The translations under genes and the position numbers were made by a program. From sequence record NC_070966.1: a stretch of DNA of 64,000 nt. One strand, 5' to 3'. The notes below the pieces were generated by a model. That model saw only the letters and a program-made list of their open reading frames with translations, did not search any database and had not been told where the DNA came from. Every line of letters starts with the position of its first letter. Positions within the stretch are counted from its first letter, which is position 1. Below are positions 9,561 to 17,149 of this stretch, one piece after another.

Positions 9561-10288
9561 GTCGAGCAAAATCACTGATCGACATGATTAAAGGAACCAA
9601 GAACGAGTCTGGTGACGATGACGACGAAATCTCAAATCGTCGTCGTGGTGGTACTTGGATTGATCCTCATCATGTTGACGCAGCATCCAAGAATCTGAAG
9701 CGTACTCAGTCATTCTACAAGAAGGCTAGTAATGCTAGCTCAGTTGAAGATCAAGAGTATTGGTTAGCTCGAGTCTTTAACAAGAATGCTGTTGCTAAGA
9801 GAATCTCCTCTGGATTCTATAACAAGGAAGCTAAGGCAGGAGTCGTAGGCGTCGATGACGTTGAAGATCTGTCAGCATCTCTTGTTACAGGTAATCCAAG
9901 AGCATCGGGTCGTGTTACGACTAAGGATCACACACGTAATCCTGAAGAGATCTTTGCTGCTAACCAGATCGTTAAAGCTCTCTACGATACGATTGACAAG
10001 AAGTGGCCTGGACGTCCTCAGAACAAGATGGTTCTGACATACTTCCTCAAGGTCAATAAAGCTGATCATCTTATTAACTTTAAGCTTCCATACGATGATC
10101 GTGTGGAAGAAATCATCTCTTCTATTGAGAAATATGCTAAAGACAATAACTCCAAGATTACTTGGACTACTCCTAAGCAGTTTCAGAATTTTTCAGGTAT
10201 TGAAGACAGAATGTATGCAAAGGTCATGCAGTTCCTAGCAGATAATGCTGTAGAATTGGGTGCTCTTATCATTCGAGGTAAGAAATAA
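9557..10288 (+). CDS. Putative sigma-like transcription factor carrying the MSRA leader; paralogue of 10731..11387
   Basis: Shares EYW..VF.KN..K.I.S.F..K and VL(T/S)YF blocks with 10731..11387; NPEEIF...LYDTI...KMVL resembles a sigma region 3-4 linker. Confidence 0.4.
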   Translation: MSRAKSLIDMIKGTKNESGDDDDEISNRRRGGTWIDPHHVDAASKNLKRTQSFYKKASNASSVEDQEYWLARVFNKNAVAKRISSGFYNKEAKAGVVGVDDVEDLSASLVTGNPRASGRVTTKDHTRNPEEIFAANQIVKALYDTIDKKWPGRPQNKMVLTYFLKVNKADHLINFKLPYDDRVEEIISSIEKYAKDNNSKITWTTPKQFQNFSGIEDRMYAKVMQFLADNAVELGALIIRGKK

Positions 10289-10635
10289 TGGACCAGAGAG
10301 TACTTGACGTTCTAGCTCAAGGATATATTAATCGTGAGCTTACACTACCAGCCGCTGATCTATCTAAGGCTGTTATTTATATTGTTAATTATCATGTTAG
10401 ACATAAGACAAGTGGACTGGCAGATCTAAAGACTGCTTATGGTAGTCCTGAGTCTTCTAATCTGGCAGTTAGGTTCTACTCTACAGGTCTATTTAATGGT
10501 GTTGTAGATAATGATTCTAAGAGCTCAGATCTATTCTGGTCTCTATTCAATTCGATGACTACATCTCTGATGATTGAGTCCATCAATGAATCGTTAGCTG
10601 AATCCTCGAAAGAAGTTGAAGTGATCGCCGAATAA
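10288..10635 (+). CDS. Hypothetical protein
   Basis: ORF coupled to the upstream stop (TAATG), in operon. Confidence 0.7.
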   Translation: MDQRVLDVLAQGYINRELTLPAADLSKAVIYIVNYHVRHKTSGLADLKTAYGSPESSNLAVRFYSTGLFNGVVDNDSKSSDLFWSLFNSMTTSLMIESINESLAESSKEVEVIAE

Positions 10636-10673
10636 AGGCGCTTACTTGTTGGGTAAATGGGTGCAGTTAGGCT

Positions 10674-10707
10674 CTTGGAGGGATTCTTATTCGGTGAGCC
10701 CTCCAAG
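10674..10707 (+). promoter_or_regulatory. GC-rich hairpin upstream of the second sigma-like gene
   Basis: CTTGGAGGG...CCCTCCAAG 9-bp stem, no U-tract. Confidence 0.5.
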
Positions 10708-10730
10708 GCTTCCAGAAAGAGGGTAATGTA

Positions 10731-11387
10731 ATGGCTAGCGATAGACAGATGAAAGGTTACATCTGGGGAGAGCAAATCCTGGATCATGCTCACATTGAGC
10801 ATTATGCAAGGGCGATGAGATCCGATGATGTACGTACCGAGGAGTACTGGTACCAGGCAGTATTTCATGGGAAGAACCACTCTAAGGTTCTTCAGTCGGA
10901 AGTCTTTCATAAGAAAATCCGCAACAACGTTACAAATAAAGTAGAAGTTGAGACTCTGGTTTCTACTTCTAACTCTGACGTCGTTAATGATGTTCTAGCA
11001 GAGGAGAGAAAGAATGAAGTAAAATATTCTCGAGTTATCGAGGATGATAAGGTCGGTAATATGTCCGACTATCTTCCCGATGCAACTGTTGGGTTCTCAG
11101 TTATTATCAGAGAAATAGCTGACAAATGCAACGATGATGAAATCAAGGTCCTGAGCTACTTTGTATGTCAGGAACATCTGGATAATATCCTATTCGAGGG
11201 GAATTCGATTCATTCATCAAACGATCGCTTCAATCGTACGATCCTAGGTATCTGGGAAAAGAATGTGAAGAGCATCAATGATCTGAATCGATTTGTAGGT
11301 ACTCGTGCTCGTGCTGATAAAGCTAGGTGGAGACTCTGCAATCTCTTGAAGAAGGAGTATCCTGAACTCTTGTCAGGAAAACGATGA
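10731..11387 (+). CDS. Putative sigma-like transcription factor; paralogue of 9557..10288
   Basis: Shared blocks with 9557..10288; C-terminal SINDLNRFVGTRARADKARWRLCNLLK is HTH-like; lies just upstream of rpoC. Confidence 0.4.
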   Translation: MASDRQMKGYIWGEQILDHAHIEHYARAMRSDDVRTEEYWYQAVFHGKNHSKVLQSEVFHKKIRNNVTNKVEVETLVSTSNSDVVNDVLAEERKNEVKYSRVIEDDKVGNMSDYLPDATVGFSVIIREIADKCNDDEIKVLSYFVCQEHLDNILFEGNSIHSSNDRFNRTILGIWEKNVKSINDLNRFVGTRARADKARWRLCNLLKKEYPELLSGKR

Positions 11388-11623
11388 GTCCATCTAACAA
11401 GCCCTATGACCCAAAGTTAGACACAATCATCTACGAAAATAGACATCCTGAAACGGGTTTGTGCATCTCGGTGCATAAATACGGAAGCAGTGAACCGAAG
11501 ATCAAGTTAGGTCCAAGAATCGTCGGTGACGACTCCAAACCTGTCTACTTGAAATTAGGTAGAATATCTATAAACGAGTTTTTGTGGATATCCGAGGTCC
11601 TAAAACCCTACGTTAAATCTTAG
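11384..11623 (+). CDS. Small protein, possible PC4-like ssDNA-binding fold
   Basis: PYDPKLD...ISVHKYGSSEPKIKL...KLGRIS beta-strand pattern recalled from PC4-like small proteins. Confidence 0.35.
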   Translation: MSPSNKPYDPKLDTIIYENRHPETGLCISVHKYGSSEPKIKLGPRIVGDDSKPVYLKLGRISINEFLWISEVLKPYVKS

Positions 11624-11635
11624 AGGATCTAAAAC

Positions 11636-14600
11636 ATGCAACTTTCTCTGAAGCCAGTCTCTCCAGAATCTGTACTCTTGACTTCACAAGGAGAGGTCAA
11701 GTCGTATGAGACTCTGAACTTCAAGACAGGTCTACCTGTTCGAGACGGTCTCTTGTGCCAGAAGGTATTCGGACCGATTAGAGACTACGTATGTGAATGC
11801 GGCAAGTACGATGGTAAGAAATACCAGGGACATACTTGTGAGAAGTGCGGTGTTACGGTAGCGAGTTCACGTGCTCGTACTGTGAGAATGGGTCATATTG
11901 ATCTTCAAGTTCCCATTCTTAATCCGTTGATGATCGAGTCGATCGAATCGATTATAGGTCTCCCATCCAGAAAGATGGAGGACTTTATGAAGAACAAGAT
12001 CTGCCTGAAATTTTCAGCATCTGGTACAGGTAATCTTGTTCGTAAGGACGGTACACGAGGTATCGCGTATTTTGTAGATCCTAAGGAATCTGATCCTCGA
12101 TCTCCTACTCTGCAGCATACGAAGTCGTCTCTGGTTCTTTATGAACTCTTGACGGATCTCGATATTGAAGAGACGCTCAAAGTCAATGGATCCAAGATCC
12201 TGAAGACCTATGTGCAGAAGAACTTCCCTCTTTCTAATCTCTTCATTCGTTATCTACCGGTATCTCCAGCAGGATACCGTCCAGTCACTCGTATGAGAAA
12301 CTACTATTCTCAGCATCCCAAGAATGACCTTTATCAGAAGATCATTCGACGTACTCTGCGAGTGAAGGAACTGGTTAATATCAATGCAGACTCAATGATT
12401 CTTCAGGAAGAGGCAGGCATTCTGTATAAGTCTGTCGATCAACTCTTCACTGGAGGAGCTCGAGATGGCGATGGGAACCCTCTTCCTGGAACCATTGAGA
12501 AGATGATGGGTAAGAGAGGTATTCTCCGAGGAAATCTTCTCGGTAAGCGTACCGACTACTCTGGACGTTCAGTTATCACTTCAGCAGGTGATCGTGTAGA
12601 AGTGGACCAGATTGGTCTACCTCGTAAGATGGCATACATCTTGTTTCGTCCTTTCATTCTCCGTTATCTGATGACGGAGTATCTGGATCATTATACTGAA
12701 GCACTGAAGCACTACGAGAAGAAGACTGTTATCGCACTGAAGTCTCTCGAGATGGTAGCTAAGGATTATCCGATCATCATGAATCGTGCTCCTACGCTTC
12801 ATAGATACGGTGTAATGTCTTTCCGTACCAAGTTGGTAAATGGTAAGGCTATCCTCGTTCATCCGATTGTATGTTCTCCATTCAATGCAGACTTCGACGG
12901 AGATACTGTAGCTATCCACTTGCCTCTTTCAGCTAAGTCTGTTCAGGAGTGCAAAGATTATCTCATGCCTCAGAACAATCTCCTGTCTTCACTTGATGGT
13001 GATCCGATCATCAATATGTCGCACGAGATGGTTATCGGTCTTGCTATCATGTCTCGTATTAAGGATCATGATAAGGGATTCGGTACATTCCGACGTATGG
13101 ATGAGCTCGAGTATCTTCATACTGTCACCAATCCTCAGACTAGCCGTCCTACACTTGAGATCTACGATAGAATCAAGTGGAAAGATGAACGAGGAGTGAC
13201 AGAGACGTGCTATGGTCGACTTCTTCTCGAGCAGACATTCAAGACCAAGAATCTTCCGAAGGACTTCTCTAAGAAGACTATTCGTCGGATGATCAGTGAT
13301 GCGTACGACAAGCTTGGACCTGATGAACTGATTAAGGTACTGGATGTAGCTACTCAGCTTTCATTCAAGTATGCTACGAACTCTGGTTTCTCAGTTTCGA
13401 TTGATGATTGTAAGGTACCTTCTACGAAACCTGCTAAGATTGCGAAAGCTAGAGAGCAGGAAGCTGAGAATTATCGTCAATTCGATAACAATGAAATCAA
13501 TCTTGCAGAGCGTCGAGAGAACAATATTCGTCTCTGGAACGATGTCTTTGAAGATCTTCATCACGATTGGATGAAAGAAGCAGGTGAGGACAATCCGGTA
13601 GTTCTTATGTATACTACTGGTGCTCGTGTTAGTAAGTCTCAGGTCAATCAGATCGGAGTCGCTAAGGGTCTTGTATCCAATGCACTCAATCAGATCATCG
13701 AGAAGCCTATGGTTAACTCCTTCCGTGAAGGATTGTCGACGTTTGAGTACTTTGCATCTTGCTCTGGATCTCGTAAGTCCATGGCAGACAAGAAGAATCT
13801 GACTCCCAAGTCTGGTTATCTTACACGTCGAATGATTACTGCTAGCCGAGATTTCTTCATTAATTCAGATGATTGTGGTACCGATAAGGGTATCATGCGT
13901 ACGATGAAGTCCTCGTATGGACGTTATCGTTGCGACAATGGTGAGATGATTGGTACGAACAATAGTGAAGAACTCGTTAAGGTTCGTAGTCCGATTCATT
14001 GTGAGTCGCATGGTGGTATCTGCGTTAAGTGCTACGGTATTGATCCTGCTAAGCGTAAGATCGTCACGAAGGGGTCCAACGTAGGAGCTATTGCAGCTCA
14101 CTCGTTGACTGAATCTACAACTCAGATGACGATGCGTACCTTCCATACATCTGGTGCAGTCGTTCTGAAGGATAGTCCGATGGTCATTACTGCCCAGAAG
14201 GATGGTAAGATCAGCTGGGATACTCTTCATCCTGTCTACAGCAAGATTCATGTTGTTGCAGATATGGAAGATTGGGATACACCTCTCAATGATCGATTGA
14301 CGTATACAGTTCATAACAAGATGTCTCGCATTCTTGTTAAGGATGGTCAGTCTGTCAAGAAGGGTGATCCTCTAGCGATCTACGTTGATGAAGATCTTGA
14401 GAGCGACGACGTCAGTGGATCGCTCCCTAAGATTGAATCTCTGTATGAAGGTCGAGTACCTCCGAAAGCGTACAAGTCAGTTATCTCGAAGGTAGCTGGT
14501 AAGATTGGTATTAACATCGGAGATGAAGGTCTTAAGATCTTCGTTGATGGTGAATACCAAGGTACTGCTCATCCTAAGACTCCGGTATTCGTTGCTCAAG

Positions 14601-15019
14601 GTCAGTATGTTGAAGCTGGTCAGACTCTCTCGTTTGGTTCTCCAGACGTAGTAGGTTTGTTCAAGGAGACAAAGGATCTTGATCTCGCTTACAAGGTCTT
14701 TGAGAAGACTCTGATGGATATCTACAATAAGGAAGGTCTCCAGCCAGTACCAACTCATTCGGAGATGATCTTCAGAGCGATGTCTAATCTGGTATACACC
14801 GAGAGTGGTCCTTATGGTCTTCGATCCCATGGAGACAAGGGTAGCATTATGCTGAAGGGTATTACTCAGATTGGTGCGAATCATCCGTCCTGGTTGAAGT
14901 CAATCGGATTCGGATGGGTAGCTCAGACGATCAGAACTTCTGCTGTGAATCTTGCTACCACGTACGATCTTCCTACCGAACGTCTGATGTCTGGTGAATT
15001 GATTTACGAGGATAAATAA
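11636..15019 (+). CDS. rpoC: DNA-directed RNA polymerase beta-prime subunit, unsplit
   Basis: CECGKY..CEKC zinc site, LLGKRTDYSGRSVI, NRAPTLHR, FNADFDGD catalytic motif, bridge helix SGYLTRR, second Zn site, trigger loop QMTMRTFH. Confidence 0.97.
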   Translation: MQLSLKPVSPESVLLTSQGEVKSYETLNFKTGLPVRDGLLCQKVFGPIRDYVCECGKYDGKKYQGHTCEKCGVTVASSRARTVRMGHIDLQVPILNPLMIESIESIIGLPSRKMEDFMKNKICLKFSASGTGNLVRKDGTRGIAYFVDPKESDPRSPTLQHTKSSLVLYELLTDLDIEETLKVNGSKILKTYVQKNFPLSNLFIRYLPVSPAGYRPVTRMRNYYSQHPKNDLYQKIIRRTLRVKELVNINADSMILQEEAGILYKSVDQLFTGGARDGDGNPLPGTIEKMMGKRGILRGNLLGKRTDYSGRSVITSAGDRVEVDQIGLPRKMAYILFRPFILRYLMTEYLDHYTEALKHYEKKTVIALKSLEMVAKDYPIIMNRAPTLHRYGVMSFRTKLVNGKAILVHPIVCSPFNADFDGDTVAIHLPLSAKSVQECKDYLMPQNNLLSSLDGDPIINMSHEMVIGLAIMSRIKDHDKGFGTFRRMDELEYLHTVTNPQTSRPTLEIYDRIKWKDERGVTETCYGRLLLEQTFKTKNLPKDFSKKTIRRMISDAYDKLGPDELIKVLDVATQLSFKYATNSGFSVSIDDCKVPSTKPAKIAKAREQEAENYRQFDNNEINLAERRENNIRLWNDVFEDLHHDWMKEAGEDNPVVLMYTTGARVSKSQVNQIGVAKGLVSNALNQIIEKPMVNSFREGLSTFEYFASCSGSRKSMADKKNLTPKSGYLTRRMITASRDFFINSDDCGTDKGIMRTMKSSYGRYRCDNGEMIGTNNSEELVKVRSPIHCESHGGICVKCYGIDPAKRKIVTKGSNVGAIAAHSLTESTTQMTMRTFHTSGAVVLKDSPMVITAQKDGKISWDTLHPVYSKIHVVADMEDWDTPLNDRLTYTVHNKMSRILVKDGQSVKKGDPLAIYVDEDLESDDVSGSLPKIESLYEGRVPPKAYKSVISKVAGKIGINIGDEGLKIFVDGEYQGTAHPKTPVFVAQGQYVEAGQTLSFGSPDVVGLFKETKDLDLAYKVFEKTLMDIYNKEGLQPVPTHSEMIFRAMSNLVYTESGPYGLRSHGDKGSIMLKGITQIGANHPSWLKSIGFGWVAQTIRTSAVNLATTYDLPTERLMSGELIYEDK

Positions 15020-15022
15020 AGG

Positions 15023-15220
15023 ATGCAAGACCTATCTCAACTATGTGAAGTTGAGATGGAGAAGTTAGTTGAAATACTAATGAGATCGACTCACTTGACA
15101 CTCGACGGTGTTGAGCTGAGTCGATCTCATGAATATCATAATAGCCCATCTGTCTCTACAATTAAAACTCATAAAGTCCTTGATGACTCATACATTACAG
15201 TTAGACTGAAATATGTATAA
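15023..15220 (+). CDS. Hypothetical protein
   Basis: Short ORF 3 nt after the rpoC stop. Confidence 0.5.
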   Translation: MQDLSQLCEVEMEKLVEILMRSTHLTLDGVELSRSHEYHNSPSVSTIKTHKVLDDSYITVRLKYV

Positions 15221-15926
15221 CTTGCAATACGATGATGGAATTCTTAAATCAAATAGGGAGTCTCTCGTAAACATACGAGCTCCATTCTTCAAACGGATTG
15301 ATCGACGATCTCGCAAGTCGTCCATCGAGAGATTAATGATCTCACCTGATACAACAAGAAATTGTAGTCAGATTAAGAGATTTCTCGTTCCGTTCAACGA
15401 TAAGTACTTGTACAGCATGCATGTGACTTATCGTGACGACTTAAAGTGTCAATCTATTTATGACACTAACAAGTCTCTCAAGCGAATCCTCCGATCTAAA
15501 ATGTTAATGTCAGCTGTGAACAGGATAAATGAGTATCCTCAACTCAAAGCAGACATATTGTCTGTAATCAAGCTTGTAGTTAATTCTTGGGAGTTTGATG
15601 GTCTTATCACAGACATTGAATGGCTCCAGGATGAAAATCTACTGGATACTGTGATATCTAAGTGGAAACTGAAGAAGTACGAATCCTCTACAGAGCGAGG
15701 GTCAGTGATCAATCTCTTAATAAAGAGTTTTGATGGAGTTCCACTTAATCTTCTATCTCATCTAGAGATGAAGAAAATCAGTATTGAGGATACTGACATT
15801 GAGGACGTTAAGTTTAAATGTCCTCTGATATTAATGCGATCGAATTCATCTTGTGCAGGATTCATATCTAAGTCCTTGGATAAAGGACTACCTGTGAGTC
15901 TGTTCAAGATTGATATAAAAGAGTAA
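15213..15926 (+). CDS. Hypothetical protein
   Basis: 237-aa ORF, last gene of the + strand arm. Confidence 0.7.
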   Translation: MYNLQYDDGILKSNRESLVNIRAPFFKRIDRRSRKSSIERLMISPDTTRNCSQIKRFLVPFNDKYLYSMHVTYRDDLKCQSIYDTNKSLKRILRSKMLMSAVNRINEYPQLKADILSVIKLVVNSWEFDGLITDIEWLQDENLLDTVISKWKLKKYESSTERGSVINLLIKSFDGVPLNLLSHLEMKKISIEDTDIEDVKFKCPLILMRSNSSCAGFISKSLDKGLPVSLFKIDIKE

Positions 15927-15982
15927 AAATAAAGGCCACTAGGCGGACCCTTCTCGGAGGATTCACCTAGTGGCCTATTTTT
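15926..15982. terminator. Bidirectional intrinsic terminator between the convergent arms
   Basis: AAAAATAAAGGCCACTAGG...CCTAGTGGCCTATTTTT: 11-bp stem with A-tract and T-tract flanks. Confidence 0.85.
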
Positions 15983-15987
15983 GTGTC

Positions 15988-16242
15988 TTATGGAAGAAGT
16001 GGTACGAAACTCTTCAGCTTATTGTACACATCATCCTGCTTACCCATTTCAGTCGAATACTTATCAAGAATCGTCTGATTATCTGGGAATTCATTACCTT
16101 GATTAGCTACCCAGTCGACATAATCATGCCAATCCTGGTCATCGTGAAGATCACGATGCTGCTTAATCAGATTTGCATATTCAGCATCTGTGAATTCATG
16201 CAATGATGAAAGCTTCTCAAGAATGTCTTTAGCTCTACTCAT
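15988..16242 (-). CDS. Small protein with MSRA leader, probable internal head protein
   Basis: GGAG then ATG at 16242: MSRAKDILEKLSSLHE. Confidence 0.65.
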   Translation of the reverse strand: MSRAKDILEKLSSLHEFTDAEYANLIKQHRDLHDDQDWHDYVDWVANQGNEFPDNQTILDKYSTEMGKQDDVYNKLKSFVPLLP

Positions 16243-16253
16243 ATTAATCTCCG

Positions 16254-16709
16254 TCAAGCTACTACAGCGAGTTCATTACTTGGTACTTCATGAACGTCAC
16301 CATCGACTTCGATCATGCAGATTTCACCGTTCACTTTAAGAACAGTGCCTGTACCGTGAACTGATTCAACAGTGTTATTAAGAAGGATCTCACGACCATT
16401 CTTATCTTCGCATTCGATGAATGCTCTCTGACCATTGTCAGGAGTGTAATCAGGAGCTTTACCTGTTACGCCATCTGCATTCACATTGTTCCAGTGACCG
16501 TATGCGTCAAAGTATAGTACGTCGAGATCCGAACTATCTTGGAACTTGTCACGTTCAGCCATAGCATCCTTGAAAGGCATTGCTAGAGGACCTAGGATAA
16601 CTTTATTGTTGGTACGATTAACAATGTACGTACCAATGCGTTTACTGGTATCTTCGTCGATACCTGTGATCTTTGACAGATCACTAATCAGACCTGATGC
16701 TCTGCTCAT
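16254..16709 (-). CDS. Protein with MSRA leader, probable internal head protein
   Basis: AAGGA RBS; MSRASGLISDLSKITGIDE; SH3-like C-terminal strands. Confidence 0.65.
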   Translation of the reverse strand: MSRASGLISDLSKITGIDEDTSKRIGTYIVNRTNNKVILGPLAMPFKDAMAERDKFQDSSDLDVLYFDAYGHWNNVNADGVTGKAPDYTPDNGQRAFIECEDKNGREILLNNTVESVHGTGTVLKVNGEICMIEVDGDVHEVPSNELAVVA

Positions 16710-16737
16710 ATTAAATATCCTTGTTAGCGTTTATGAC

Positions 16738-17037
16738 TTAGAGACCAGCAGCCTTGCGCTTTCTCATAGTCATTTGACGCTTACGAGAGATAGCAGCTTG
16801 CTGTCCTCTCTTCTTACGAGCACCCATCTTCGCAGCCTTACGCTTAGCGATGATCTCACCGGCACTCATCTTGACGCAAGTCTTACCATCAATCTTGTAA
16901 CCTGGAGGGCAATCAAGAATAACACTCTTGGCTCCACCTCTGAATGTTACTTTCTTCTTAGGAGCAGCTTCACTAGCTGGAATAGAAGACTCATAGTAAG
17001 CATCAATTTTAGTGATCAAATCTGCAGATTTAGACAT
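16738..17037 (-). CDS. Prohead core protein, T4 gp68-like
   Basis: MSKSADLITKI leader; basic C-terminus AAISRKRQMTMRKRKAAGL resembles the gp68 end (RKRKKALKRRKALGL). Confidence 0.6.
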   Translation of the reverse strand: MSKSADLITKIDAYYESSIPASEAAPKKKVTFRGGAKSVILDCPPGYKIDGKTCVKMSAGEIIAKRKAAKMGARKKRGQQAAISRKRQMTMRKRKAAGL

Positions 17038-17105
17038 AATGTACATCCATTTTAGTTTATTTAATGAGGATTATCACTTTACACAATTATAAAGTGTGCA
17101 CAAAG

Positions 17106-17134
17106 AGGAAGGCTTATGTCGCCTTCCTTCGCTG
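17106..17134 (-). promoter_or_regulatory. Bipartite motif copy C, superimposed on a terminator-like hairpin
   Basis: Minus strand CAGCGAA ggaaggcgacata AGCCTTCCT; GGAAGGC/GCCTTCC stem followed by TCTTT. Confidence 0.7.
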
Positions 17135-17149
17135 AATCCTTAGCTTTAT

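Noticed and set aside
10476-10910. Antisense or alternate-frame ORFs, e.g. 10476..10910, 13865..14314, 16546..17055, 35435..35878, 45475..45906, 59772..60251
   Set aside because: Shadows of well-supported genes with no motifs or RBS; expected from biased codon usage
6231-15019. Inteins, introns or stop-codon recoding in PolA, RpoC or TerL
   Set aside because: Motifs are collinear in uninterrupted standard-code ORFs; no intein splice-junction or homing endonuclease motifs seen
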